Below, one piece after another: positions 25,079 through 38,100 of a stretch of DNA of 64,000 nucleotides; the stretch's first letter is position 1, and each line of letters begins with the position of its first letter. Location: positions 9,909,534 to 9,973,533 of the forward strand of contig NC_083409.1 in the NCBI RefSeq assembly GCF_020745735.1, in the 5' to 3' direction. Both the position numbers and the translations under genes were made by a program. Below the pieces are notes generated by a model that was not told the origin of the DNA, ran no database searches, and was given only the letters and a program-made list of their open reading frames with translations. This stretch comes from Hemiscyllium ocellatum. Lineage: Eukaryota.

Positions 25079-25528
25079 CGACACTTCTGAGGTTCAAGGG
25101 TTAAGGCATGTCATTGCGATCATCAAAAAGAAGCTCTACTCTCTATCAAACTCCATGCTGCCCCTGTTCTGGGAGTGTTTGACTGGGGCAGTGATGTCCT
25201 GTGATGCCAAATCAAACCTATTGAAAATGCTGAAATCTGTCAGCTGTACAAAACAATGTGAACCTCAGAAGTCTCTGCTTCAGTAAAACAGACCTACTTC
25301 CTGCTCAGCTATCAGTTCCAATTTTAGGTTTTGTCACTGTTTAAAGGGACATGATTCTTAGGTTATTGAGAAAATCTCCACAAGTGTTTTCCTCAAGCTC
25401 CAATGTGGCTGTGAATTTGTGCAGCTTCCTCTGTCTGGGCTGTTCATTGTAGTATGTTTTCTGTCAATGTCAATCTGGAAAAGGGAATAAAGATGAAAAA
25501 GATTCAGTCTCTGTCTCGTGTGTGCTTT
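25079..25528 (+). pseudogene. Orphan Ig light-chain C 3'UTR (inverted copy of 30661-31107)
   Basis: Reverse complement aligns along its length with the C 3'UTR, including AATAAA at 25486-25491. No C coding sequence upstream. Confidence 0.92.
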
Positions 25529-26369
25529 CTGTGACAGAGAATTCCACAGACTCACTACTCTCTGGGTGAAGACATTTTTCCTCATTTCTGTCCTATAGAG
25601 TTTACCTCTTAACCTTAAACTATGAGCCTGGTTCTGGACTTCCCCACCATCGGGAACATCCTTACTCCATTTGACCTAGTCCAATTTTATAGCTTTCTCC
25701 AAGGTTCCCTTCCTTAAGTGTTTTAAAGTCCAGTGAACACAATCCTCAACAACTCAACCTCTCCTTATACATCAGTCCTGCCATCACAGAAATCAAATAG
25801 CATTCAGTAATTAATATTACTCAGCCCATTGTGGAATGTTGTGGAAATTAAATTGACTCGACTCAACTATTAGCAAGAGCAACCAAAAAGAGCTTTATGA
25901 TTTTTTTTAACCTCTGCATTGCAGGGGGACCACATGCACTTGACAAAAATGCCTTGTGCAAGGACCCTGAGCATAATTCAGATATTCGCCTTATCCTGTT
26001 TCTTATCACACTCTCAAGGACAAAGACTGTGAAGATTTGAGTTGTTATTCTTTTCATTCCCTTGTTGTGGACAGACTGTTCTTATATTTTTCTCTTGTTG
26101 AATATTTACAAAGTTCTTCAGAGAGAAGCTGTCCCTCAACTGCATACTTCAGCAAAGTGTCAGAAAGTTTTAATTTTAGTCAAGCACTGTCTTTCAAATT
26201 TCAGAGTAAATGGATTTCAGAGTAAATGTTAATTTTGTTAATTTTCCATTACATGGAACACAGACTTTGTAGGTCAGAGTCAGAAGACAATCATTGCTGG
26301 TTCCAAAATTCAGGCTTCGGGTACAGTAATTTCAATGGAATCATTGTATCCAATCTTACAGCAGCAGAA

Positions 26370-26537
26370 AGATGGGAGGTGTAGATGGAGGGTGCAGACA
26401 GTAGTGTAGATGGTGGTGCAGACTGTGGGTGCAGATGGTGGTGCAGACTGAGGGTGCAGACAGTGGGAGCAGATGGTGTTGTAGACAGAAGGTCCAGACA
26501 GTAGTTGCAGATGGTGGTGTAGACAGTAGTGTAGACA
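26370..26537. repeat. Degenerate 12/13-nt minisatellite (GAYRGTGGTGCA-like)
   Basis: About 13 imperfect units such as gatggtggtgca and gacagtagtgta. Confidence 0.8.
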
Positions 26538-27173
26538 AGAGCAAGATCTTGCGTGGTGACCACATGGGTGGCTGTGTGGAATCACATAGAGAGCAGCCAG
26601 TGAGCCCGACACAGTCAGGGACACCCCCTGGTGCTGAAGGTCATGCTGTTGCTGGCAAAGGTCGCATTTCAACTGAAACTGCACTTCCTCCCTACACACT
26701 TCCCTCTTGTCCCCACATGCCTCACTACAACCCCTGGAGATGCCAGGCAGCACGCTGTGATCTCATTCAGTCTCCATTGACCTTGTCTCCATTAACCTTG
26801 ATGCTCCTCCCAAGCACTTACTTGGGCCTTCACTGAAGCTTGAGCCATTTCCTCTGACCCTTGATCATTGATTTGCCATCTTGGAACTGTCTAACCTAGT
26901 CACCATTAACCTGCGCTGCCTCCTCAGCATGGAGTGTAGATTGATACAGCACAGAAAAGGCCCTTTGGCCCATTGGGTCTGCACTGGCATAACTACCACT
27001 AAAGGCACTCTAATCCCAATTTCCTGCACTTATCCCAAATCCTTGCATGTTATGATATTTAAATGTTGTAAGGTTTCCAACCTCCACTACCTTCCCTGAC
27101 AGAGGGTTGTGTGTTTATAATTCATATCACGTCAGGCTCACGGAGTTTAACAAAAGCTCCTGTTCTTTAATGT

Positions 27174-27496
27174 GCAGTATGGTAGCTCAGTGGTTAGCAC
27201 TGCTGACTCACAGCACCAAGGACCTGGGTTCGATTCCAGCCCGAGGTGACTGTCTTTGTGGAGTTTGCACACTCCCCCTGTGTCTGTGTGGGTTTCCTCT
27301 GTGTGCTCCAGTTCCCTCCCACAATCCAAGATGTGCAGGTTATGTGAGTTGGCCATTCTAAAATTGCCACAGTGATCAAGAATCTGTCAGTCAGGGGAAT
27401 TGTTGAGTAAAAGGGTAGGGGAATGTGTCTCAGGGAGTCTGTCTTCAGAGGGTTGGTGTTGGCTTGTTGGGCCAAATGGCCTGTTTCCACACTGTG
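27174..27496 (+). mobile_element. HE1-type tRNA-derived SINE
   Basis: A box tagctcagtgg, B box ggttcgattcc (27227-27237), conserved body gtggagtttgcac, CR1-like tail. Confidence 0.88.
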
Positions 27497-28233
27497 AATT
27501 CTGTGACAGGCCATTCCAGATTCCCATCACCCAGAATGAACATCTTATTTCCCAAATCTCATTTGTGATGTTCGTAATGAAACCATTCATTTTGTCTTGT
27601 CTCGTTTAGCTCTTGTGCTCCTTGTTCGATAATTTTTTTTTTCAATAAAATATAAGTTCCTTGATGGGCTGTTAACCTTGTCCATTAGGGAGCCCCGGCT
27701 GACAGATAAAAAGGGGAGTGTCAGAAGGACTAATACTCTGGTATCTGACTCTGAATAACAACCTGCCAACCAACCCCCTCCTTCTGTCACCCTCAATCTC
27801 CCCATGCTTACTCTTGATGCCCCTTTGATCCAGCCTGTTGCTGCCTTTGGGAGAGGTTGGCCTTCCTTCCATTCCTAATGAAGAGCTAATGCCCAAAATT
27901 AATCCACTGCAATCCCTCTTGGGTCTGCAAGAATTCAACCTCACTCACTGCACTCCTCCCTGTAAGGTAACATTACTGCATCTAGTTTAGAGCTAATTGA
28001 CCATTGAAATACGACTATGGCTAGTCAGCATTGGCTGAGCAGGCAGCCACCACTGCAATGATCCCAGCTCCAGAAAATCCCTTTGTAATTGGGGAGCACA
28101 TTAGGGAGCACCGTGTGCACTGCCTCTGAAATCCCTCCCTTATTGAGAATACACTCTCAGTATTCACCTTTCTCAGCTGCCATCTCAATTTCACTGTAAA
28201 TTCTGTGAACTATGATCCTGCCCCACTAGCTGC

Positions 28234-28265
28234 CTGATGAAGGAGCAGTGCTCCGAAAGCTTGTA
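28234..28265 (+). ncRNA. Minimal type I hammerhead ribozyme core in a Penelope-derived terminal fragment
   Basis: tgc-CTGATGA-A-GGAGC agt GCTCC-GAAA-GCTT-gta: intact core, 5-bp stem II, AGCU palindrome in place of stem III. Confidence 0.7.
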
Positions 28266-28500
28266 TTTCCAAAGAAACCTGTTGGACTATAACCTGGTGT
28301 TGTGTGATTTTTAACCTTGGCCACCTCAATGAGCTGCCATCTCAGACTGAGTTGTTTTTCTTCCGAGATTTGACAACATTAAAGCCTAATCTTCAATCCC
28401 CATCACAAAACCCATTCTCTCCCCATCACTCAGAGACAAATACCTCAGAGACACCGACAGGCAGCACAGAGTAACACACTCGCACTCATTGAGATACAAA

Positions 28501-28687
28501 GTTAAAAATCACACAACACCTGGTTATAGTCCCTCAGGTTTAATTGGAAGTACAAGGTTTCGGAGCGCCACTCCATCATCAGGTGGTTGTGGAGGATTCT
28601 CCCTTGATGATGGAGTGGCGCTCTGAAAGCTAGTGTGCTTCCAATTAAACGTGTTGGACGATAACCTGGTGTTGTGTGATATTTAAC
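28501..28687. repeat. Fold-back Penelope-terminal element (arms 28501-28583 and 28602-28687) with a hammerhead core on each strand
   Basis: Arms are reverse complements with a ~18-nt loop. CTGATGA...GAAA on minus (28557-28582); TTGATGA...GAAAGCTA on plus (28604-28632). Confidence 0.85.
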
Positions 28688-29079
28688 TTTGTACACCCCA
28701 GTCCAACACCGGCATCTCCAAATCATTGCACTGCCTACAGCCAGTGCAGAATAACACACACACACACACAGACACCTACAGGCATCACTGAGTAACACAC
28801 ACTCAGAGTCAGGCAGCACTGAGTAATGCTCCATGCTGCCTGTTGGTGTCTCTGTGAATAACTAACCGACCCTCAGATTGGCACCTCCAGCCAGCATTAT
28901 GTAGCGTACTCACACTCAGAGGGACACGCAGCCTGCAGTGTCAGTGATTGGCCTCAGATTATTTCAGGTACAACACAGCATGCAGAGTGCAATCCCAGCA
29001 CCTGAGGCCTGGACCACAGAGTAAAGAGGGAACGCCTAAGATTGTAATTATTGAGTCCTCACAACTTTCTGTTTCTAGG

Positions 29080-30475
29080 TTAAAAACAAGGACTGCAGAT
29101 GCTGGAAACCAGAGGCAAGATCAGAGTGGTGCTGGAAAAGCACAGCAGGTCAGGAAGCATCCAAGGAGCAGAAAAATCAACATTTTGGGCAAAAGGCCTT
29201 CATCAGGAATAGAGGCAGGGTGCCTGCAGAGTGGTGAGATAAATAAGAGGGGGTGGGGAGAAAGTAGCATGGAGTACAATAGGTCAATTGAGGATGGGGA
29301 TGGAGGTGATAGGTCAGAGAGGAGGATGGGGGAAGGTAGCAAAGAGTACAATAGGTGAGTGGGGGTGGGAATTGAGGTGATAAATCAGAGAGGAGGCTGG
29401 AGTGGATAGGTGGAAAGGAAGATAAGCAGGTAGGACAGGTCACGAGGATGGTGCTGAGCTGGAGGTTTGGAGCTGGGGTGAGGTGGGGGAATGGAAAATG
29501 AGGAAACTGGTGACATCCACATTGATGCCATGGGATTGAAGTGTTCCGAGGTGGAAAATGAGGTGTTCTTCGTTCAGGCGTCTGGTGGTGAGGGAGCGAC
29601 GGCGGAGGAGGCCCAGGACTTGCCTGTACTTGGCAGAATGGGAGGGGGAGTTGAAATGTTGGGCCACAGGGCGGTGGGGTTGATTGGTGTAGTTGTCCCT
29701 GAGATGTTCCCTAAAGCGCTCTGCAAGGAGACGTCCAGTCTCCCCAATGTAGAGGAGATCGCATCTGGAGCAACAGATACAATAAATGACATTGGTGGGT
29801 GTGCTGGTAAAAATTTGATGGATGTGGAAGGCTCCTTTGGGGCCTTAGATGGAGGTGAGGGAGGAGGTGTTGTCAGAGGTTTTGCAATTCATGCGATGGC
29901 AGGGGAGGGTGCATGGAAGGGAGGGTGGGTTGTTGGGGGAACGTGACCTGACCACGTAGTCACGGAGGGAACGGTCTTTGCGGAAAGCAGGAATGGGTGG
30001 GGAGGGAAATATATCCATGGTGGTTGGGTCCATTTGGAGGTGGCGGAAATGTCGTCGGATGATGTGGTTTATGCGAAGGATGGTAGGGTGGAAGGTGAGC
30101 ACTGGGGTGGGGGGGGGTGGAGTTCTGTCCTTGTTATGGTTGGAGGGGTGGGGTTTGAGGGCGGAGGGGTGGAATGTGGATGAGATGGAGGGCATCTTTG
30201 ACCCCATGGGAAGGGAAATTGCGGTCTCTAATGAAGAATGCCATCTGGTGTGTTCTGTGGTGGAACTGGTCCTCCTGGGAGCAAATATGGTGGAGGCAGA
30301 GGAATTGGGAATATGGGATGGCATTTTTGCAGGAGGTAGGTTGGGAAGAGGTGGAATCCTTGGGGTTGGTGGGTTTTGTAAAATATGTCAGTGTCAAGTC
30401 GGTCATCATTAATGGAGATGGAGAGGTCCAGGAAGGGGAGAGAGGTGTCAGAGATGGTCCAGGTGGTCATTAATG
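29080..30475 (-). mobile_element. Penelope-like element (Neptune-type), 5'-truncated
   Basis: RT C-terminal peptides TDIFY, KNAIPYSQFL...ICSQED; endonuclease C-terminal peptides AQHFNSPSH, EEHLIFHLGTLQSHGIN; terminal repeat with a degenerate hammerhead near 29180-29210. Confidence 0.88.
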
Positions 30476-30696
30476 GAGATCTGTTTGGAATTTTGTAACC
30501 TCCAATGATTCCAGATCAAAGAGATCATTTGAAAGTGATTGATGATTGGCTGTCAGTATCCTCTACAACAGATGTGTCATTGATTGACAGGCCAATGAGC
30601 CAATTGGCTGCATTTCAGCATGGCATTGTCACAATCAGCTGAATGGAGTGGTCAATCTCCAAAGCACACAGACACAGAGACTGAATCTTCTTCATC

Positions 30697-30702
30697 TTTA
30701 TT
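30697..30702 (-). terminator. Poly(A) signal of the light-chain C exon
   Basis: AATAAA on minus ~525 nt after the stop codon, followed by GT-rich sequence. Conserved in the orphan UTR copy. Confidence 0.7.
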
Positions 30703-31226
30703 CCCTTTTCCAGATTGACATTGACAGAAAACAGTCAGCAATTAACAGCCCAGACAGAGGAAGCTGCACAAATTCACAGCCACAATGGAGCTTGAGGAAA
30801 ACACTTGTGGAGATTTGCTCAATAACATGAGAATCCTGTCCCTTTAAACAGTGACAAAACCTTAAATTGGAACTGAGAGCTAAGCAGAAAGGAGATCTGG
30901 TTTACTGAAGCAGAGAATTCTGAGGTTCACATTGTTTTGTACAGCTGACAGTCTTCAGCAACTTCAAGAGATTTTACTTGGCATTACAAGTCAATTCTGT
31001 CCCACCAAAGACTCCCAGAACAGGGACAGCATGGGGTTTGACACAGCGTAAAGCTCCGTCGACACTGTCGCAATGATTTGCTTTTATATCCAAACCTCAG
31101 AAGTGTCTCTGAGCAATCCTGAGAAGGAAGAGAATTGAAATTCAGTGCTGACAATGACCTTTGTCCTGCCAGCTCAGCCCTGTTCTATTTAAAGTTGTGT
31201 CTCCTCTGTGGACTGTCTCAAACACT

Positions 31227-31555
31227 CTACACACATTCTGATCTCCTGATGCTCTTGCTGAGGGGAGAGGGGAGGGTCACATGGGTGAGAGCGCAGGAGA
31301 AGTGAGCGTTGGACTCCCAGTCAGACTCAGAGAGGGTCAGCAGGCTGCTGACACTGTAGGTGCTGTCCGAAGCTCGCAGGTAGTTGCTGGTCTGAACCCC
31401 ATCCGAAATGACTGCACCGTCCTTCTTCCACTGCACCTCCAGCTCATCGGGATAGAAGTGATTGGCAAGGCACACCAGGGTGGCAGTACCCTTGGCATTG
31501 ATCTGTTCCGGGAAGGGGGGCAGCTGGGTAAGCTTGGGCTGAGAGTTGTCATGGC
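31227..31555 (-). CDS. IGKC: Ig light-chain constant exon, kappa (NS4/type III)-like
   Basis: ttcag|GC HDNSQPKLTQLPPFPEQINAKGTATLVCLANHFYPDELEVQWKK...YSVSSLLTL...FSCALTH...RSECV*. 329 nt, phase-1 acceptor, conserved C-W-C, penultimate Cys. Confidence 0.97.
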
Positions 31556-31689
31556 CTGAAAGACAAGAGAAACAATTTTAATCCCTGCCATTTGAAGTGA
31601 TTTCAACTCTCAGAATATTCACTGATAAAATGTTTGAACATTTGTAGCCAATACCTAACAAACCCCAGAAAAGAACAGGCATTGTTTAA

Positions 31690-32030
31690 GTTGCTTCTTG
31701 GGATGTGAGTGTCACTGGCAGGATCAGCATTTATTGCCAATCCCTAATCACCCAGAGGGCAGTTTAGAGTCAACCAAATTGTTGTGGGTCTGGAGTCACA
31801 TGGTAAGGATGGTAGTTTCCTTCCTTAAAGGACATCAGGGAATCAGATGGCTTTTTCCTGACAATCAACAATTGTTTCATGGTCATCATTAGACTCTTAA
31901 TTGCAGATTTTTTTATTGAATTCACATTCAACCATCTGCTGCCACAGGATTCTAACTCTGGCCCCCAGAACATTAATCTGGATCTCTGGATGAACAGCTC
32001 AGCAATAGTACCATTAAATCATCACCTCCT
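31690..32030 (-). mobile_element. tRNA-derived SINE with a Deu-like central domain (SacSINE1-like)
   Basis: Minus strand shows a tRNA-like head, then atgtgactccagacccacaacaatttggttgactc (Deu-domain-like) and an aataaatgctg tail. Confidence 0.65.
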
Positions 32031-32134
32031 TCATCTTATTTTTAGTTGAGCGTGAAAGCAAGAAGTTTGTTTCTGAACAGGATGATTCTGAAAAGCACAA
32101 CTGAAAGACTCCCAGTTCATCCCAAAAACGATTA

Positions 32135-35100
32135 GCTCCTTGAAAGTGGAGTTGCAGGTAGGTCAGGGAGTGACAAAGTCATTTGCCATGCTTTCCTTTA
32201 TTGGGCAACGCATTGAGTATTGGAGTTGGGAACTGTTGCACCTGTACAGGACATTAGTTTGGCCCCTTTTGGAATTCTCTGTGGAATTCTGGCCTCCCTG
32301 CTGTAGGAAAAATGTTGGGAACCTTAAAATGGTTCAGAAAAGATTTCCAAGGATGTTGTCAAGTTGGAGGGTTTGTGCGATCGGGAGAGGCTGAATAGGC
32401 TGAGGCTATTTTCCCTGGATCGGTGGAGGCTGAGGGGTGACCATATCGAGGTTTCTAACACAATGAGGGACATTGATCAAGGGAGTAGAGAAGATATTTT
32501 GGTCAGAGTGAAGGAGTCCAGAACTAGGGGGCATAGGTGGAAAGTATCAGGAGAATGATTTAAACGGGAACTAAGGCATAACGTTTTCCTGCAAGAGTGG
32601 TACATTTTTGGAATGAGCTGCCAGAGGAAGTGGTGGAGGTGGTATGGTAACATTTAAAAGGCATTTGGGTGAGTATATGAATAGGAAGGGTTTAGAAGGA
32701 TATGGGCCAAATGCTGACAAATGGGGCTAGATTAATTTAGGTTATCTGGTCGGCCTGGATGAGTTACACAGAAGGATCTATCTCTGTGCTGTACATCTCT
32801 ATGACACTATGTCGCTGTGGTTGACATGGATGAGTCAGATCGAAGAGTCTGTTTCCATGCTGTACATCTCTATGACTCTAATTGTGTTTCAGTCAAGCCC
32901 TCAGCACCTCAGACTCTGCCAAAGACAGTTACACTTTGCTTCAAAACCAGTCACTGTTGCAATTTCAGGAAAGGGGCAGCCAATTTCTACACACCAAGAT
33001 CCCACTGGAAGCAATGAGATCAAAGAGCATTCTTCATGATTTTGGTTCAAGGATAAAAAATTCCTGAGAAAGTAATTTGGTTCAGTTGGATGGACAATGA
33101 GAAAATGGAAGGTAAAGGAGAAGGTAGGATTGCTGGTTAGTGATGGGATTGATTGTTACCAAAAAATAAAAGGAAGGGAGGGAATTTTTGAATATCAAAG
33201 ATGCCATAAAAGTGCAGGGAAAGTCAAGAATAGATCAACCTTAAAGATTTTGTGTCTAAATGCACGAAGCATTCCGAGTCAGGGAGACAAAGTGATGCCC
33301 CAAATCGAGGTAAATTGAGTTTCCAAGTAATTTAAACTAGTTAAAGTGGAGGAGGGCTCAGGAGAGGTTAGCAAAGATTCTGGAAGATGTAGTAGGACTG
33401 AGAGCATGGAAGGGATTAGGAATCAAATGTCAAGCACAGCAGATGAGATGAACAATGATGAGAAGGAGGGCAGTCAATGTAGGACTGAGGGTGTTGTACT
33501 TAAATGCACACAGTATACACAATGAGCTTGTAGTGCAGATTGAAACTGGCAGGTACAATGTTGTGGGTATCACAGAGACATGGCTGTAAGGGGATCCGGG
33601 CTGGGAACTAAATATCCAAGGATCCATATCCTATCAAAAAGACAGGCAGAAGAGCAGAGGGACAGGAGTTGCCTTGTTAGTAAGAAATGACTTTAAATCA
33701 ATAGCAAGAAAGATACAGTCAAAAGGTGTAGAATCTGTGTGGGGAGAGTTGAGGAACCCAAGAAATAACGAATCTGGTGCAAGTTCAGGTCTCCAAGCAG
33801 TAAACAGGGTGTGGGGAAGGAAATCAATCAGGAGACAGAAAATCCATTAAAAAAATGGAGAGGTGGATTGGGTAGCACGTCTCAACAAAAAGATTTCATG
33901 GAATGTCTATGAGATGGTTTTTGAAACAGCTTGCGGTTTGGAACAGGCAGTTCGGGATTCAGTGATGTGTAATGAGGCAAACTTGGTTAGTGAGCTGAAG
34001 GTGAAAGTATCCTTCTGGATAAGTGACCATAATACGATAGAATTCCCCCTGCAGTTTGAGAGGGAGAAGCTGTAATCAGATGGAACAGTATTTCAGTTGA
34101 GTAAAGGGAACGACAAAGACGTGAGGAAGGAGCTGGCCAGAGTTGATTGGAAGGGGAGCCGAGCAGGTAAGATGATGTGGCAGCAAACAGCAGAGTTTCT
34201 GGGGGTAATTCAGGAAGCAGAGTAGGAATTCATCCCAAAAAAGAAGAAACACACTAAGGGGAGGACAATGTAACCATGGCTGATGAGGGAGGTCAAGGAC
34301 AGCATAAAAGCAAAAGAAAAAGCACACAATGTGGTGGAAATTAGTGGGAGGCCAGAGGATTAGGAAGTCTTTAAAAACCTGTAGACGATAACTAAAAAAA
34401 AAATCAGGGTACAGAAGGTGAAATGTGGGGGAAAGCGAGCCAGAAATATAAAAGAAGATTGCAAGAGTTTCATCAGATATATAAAAAGGAAGATGGAGGC
34501 AGAAATAGACATTGGAAAAAGAATAATAGGAAATGAAGAAAAAGCAGAGGAATTGAATACATACATTACATCAGTCTGCACAATGAAAAACACCAGCAGT
34601 GTCCCAGTACTTCAAGACTGTCAGGGGACAGAGGTGAGAGCAGTGGCCATTATTAAGGAGGAGGTACTGGGGAAGCTGAAATGTCTGAGTGTGAATAACT
34701 CACCCAGACTAGATGAATTACACCAGTGTGTTCTGAAGGAGATCACTGAGGAGATTGTGGAGGCATTGGTGATGATCTTTCAGGAATCAATGGAGTCAGG
34801 GTGTGGAGGTATTTTCTGAATGAGGAAAGCCTTTGGAAATCTAAAGCACAAACCTCATTCAGGATTTTCTTAAGGTGAACAGGCAGGTACAGTCTGTGCT
34901 TGGGAAGCAAATGAAATATTAGCATTCATTTCAATAGTGCCAGAATACAAGGGCAGAGATGTACTGCTAAGGCTGTGTAAGGCTCTGGTCAGACTGAATT
35001 TGGAATATTGTGAACAGATTTAGGATCCATATTCTAAGAAACAATGTGCTGGCATTGGAGGGGTTTACAAGAATGATCCTGGGGATGGAGGGCTTGTCAT

Positions 35101-38100
35101 ATGAGGCGTGGTTAAGGACTCTGGGTCTGTACTCAATGGAGTTTAGAAGGACGAGGCGGGATCTTATTGAAATTTGCAGAATACAGATAGGCCTGGATAG
35201 AGTGGATGTGGAGAAGATGTTTCCGAAAACAGGAGAGACTCGCTAACCAAGGCACAGCCTCAGATTGAAGGGCCGACCCATTAGACCTGAGATGAGGAGG
35301 AATTTCTTCAGCCAGAGGGTGGTGAATCTGTGGAACTCATTGTTACAGAGGGCAGGGAGGCCAAGTCACTGAGTGTATTTAAGACAGAGATAGGTAGGTT
35401 CGTGATTGTTAAGGGGATGGAAAGTTCCTGTGGAGTAGGCAGACGAATGGGGGTGAGAAGCATATCTGCCAAGATCAAATGGCAGAGCAGATTCAATGGG
35501 CTGAATGGCTGATTTCTGCTCCTATTTCTTAAAGTCTTTTGGAGAGTTTCTCCAAAACCCTGGAACACTGAACACTGGACTCTGAGCCCTGCTGTAGTAG
35601 CTGTTTGTCGTCAGAACTTTGCAAAGAGATTATCCAAGAGTGGAGAGAGTGTGCATCCAAGTGGGAACTTCATAATGTTTCCCAGCTCCTGGAATACCAT
35701 GAGTACAGGAAGTGTGGTCAGTGACAGCAGTTGGAGCTCCGGTTTTGGAGCTTGAGCAGCAGCTGGTGTCAGTGCGGAGCGTCCGTGAGGCTGAGAGGTC
35801 CGTGAAGAGCACGTTTCTAGATGTGGTCACTCCGCAGCTTCAGAGTATGCAGGGAGAGAGGGAATGGGGGAGCAGCAGACAGTGCAAAAGGACCAGGCAG
35901 CTAGTACAGGAATCCCCAGACATCCTACTCTCCAACCAGGATTCAGTTCAGAATCCTGATGCGAATGATGGTTCATCTGGGGAGTGTAGCCAGGGCGAAG
36001 TCCCTGGCACCACGGGGGGAACTAGCTGTACAGGAGGGCACAAGGAAAACTGGAAGAGTGATAGTGAGAGGGGATTGGAGAGTGAAGGCAGTCGATAGGT
36101 GTTTCTGCAGCTGCAGATGGGAATCCAGGATGGTGTGTTGTCTCCCTGGTGCCAGTGTCAAGGATATCACTGAGCGGCTGCAGACCACCCTGAGGGAGAG
36201 GGGGAACAGGCAGCAGTTCGTGGTCCACATCGGTCCCAGTGACAGAGGGAGAAAAGGGATGTAGTCCTGCAGTCAGAGGTTTTGGAGCTTCCTACTTTTA
36301 AGTAATCTGGGAGCTTCCTACTTTTGAGTTCCTGCTGCTAATTAGTAGCAGGAACTCAAAAGTAGGAATCTCCAGATTACTCCCAGTGCCCCACGCAAGT
36401 GAAAAAGGGCTCAGGCCCGAAACGTCGACTCTCCTGCTCCTTGGATGCTGCCTGACCTGCTGCGCTTTTCCAGCAACACATTTTCAGCACCCCACACAAG
36501 TGAGAATAGAATCAGGAGGTGAACACAGGTGATTGCTGGGCTGGAAAGAGGATCCATGAGGGAGGGCTTTAGATTTTTGTGAGGTGGTTTACTACTGTTA
36601 GAGAGGGTTTAAACTAACTTGGCAGGGCTGTGGGAGCCAGGGGCAAATATCAGAGAGGAACACCAAGGACCACAGAATCCTCACAGCAGTCAATAAGTCA
36701 CCACCCAGTGGGAAGGATGTGGAGAAATACAAATGCAAGGAATTTACAGAGACCTGCAAATATGATAGAGCCGTTATAAATGTGGGGGGGTCTTTAATTT
36801 CTGAATATAGTGACCAGACTGGCAAAAGTGTGTTTAGGTGAATTTTCAGGTGGCATTGGTGGCTTAGTGGTTGCTCAGGGGTGGGGGTCAGCATGGTGGC
36901 TCAGTGGTTAGCACTGCAGCCTTATAGTACCAGGGTCCCAGGTTTGAATCCAGCCTTGGGTGACTGTCTGTGTGGAGTTTGCACATTCTCCCTGTGTCTG
37001 CGTGTTTTTCCTCCAGGTGCTCTAGTTTCCTTCCACAGTCCAGAGGTGTGCAGGTCAAGTGAATTGGCCATGCTAAATTGTCCATAGTGTTTGATGCATT
37101 ACTGAGAGGGAAATGGGTCTGGGTGGGTTACTCTTCGGAGATCAGTGTGGACTTGTTGGGCCAAAGGGCCTGTTTCCACACTGTGGAGAATCTAATCTAA
37201 TCATTGGCAGTGAAGAAGGCTGTCTAAGAATACAATGGAATCTTGACCAACTGGGCCAGTGGGCTGAGGAATGGCAGATGGAGTTTAATTCAGATAAATG
37301 GGAGTGCTATATTTTGGTAAGACACAAGAGATGGGTGAGATCCTGAACAAATACTTTAGTTCAGTTTATATTGTGGGGAAAGCTAGGGAATTTGGTAAAA
37401 TAGTGATGTCTTGAAAAGAGAACACACATAAATGAGGAGACGCTAAAGATCTTAAAACACATAAAGGTAGATAAACCCTAGGACCTGATCAGGTATATCC
37501 CAGAACATTGTGGCAACTGGGGAAGTGATTTTTGGGACCTTTGCTGAGATATATGTATCATCGGCAACCATGGATAAGGTGCTGGAGAAACAGAGAGGTT
37601 GGCTAAGATTATGCCATTATTTCTGAAAGGAAAAGCGAGGGAACTATAGACCAGTGAGCCTGATGTCAGTGCTGGGTAAGATGTTGGAGTGGATTCTGTG
37701 GGACAGGATTTACATCGTTTGGATAATCAGTGTGGCTTTGTGCATAGGAAATCATGTCTCCTGAATTTGATTCAGGAGGTGACCAAAAGAATTGATGAAG
37801 ACAGAACAGTAGACATTGTCAATATGGACTTCAGAGTAAAGTGTTTGACAAGGTTCAAGGTTCCACATGATAGACTGGTTAGTGAGGTTAGACCACATGG
37901 GATCCAGGGGGAGCGAGCCATTGGAGTCAAAAAATTGGCTTGAAGATTGGAGGCAGAGAGTGGTGGGAAAAGGTTGCTTTTCAGACTGGAGATCTGTGAA
38001 CAGCTGTGTGTTACAAGGATTGGTGCTGAGTCCACAAATGCTTTTCATCATTTAAAGAAATGATTTGGATGTGAATATAGGAGTTACGGTAAGTTTGTAA

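Noticed and set aside
27174-27250. tRNA-like sequences (also 36888, 62939 and ~32030 on minus)
   Set aside because: A and B boxes are followed by SINE bodies and LINE-type tails, with no proper acceptor stem. They are SINE heads, not tRNA genes.
29180-29210. Further hammerhead-like cores (also ~24295, ~27875, ~36405, ~58876, ~60408)
   Set aside because: Each has a mutated CUGANGA or GAAA box or a broken stem II, so they are probably inactive. Recorded only as Penelope terminal remnants.
29491-30473. Several plus-strand ORFs of 99-151 aa (similar shadows at 50248-50883, 40990-41370, 707-976)
   Set aside because: Antisense shadows of Penelope, CR1, Ig or ERV coding sequence.
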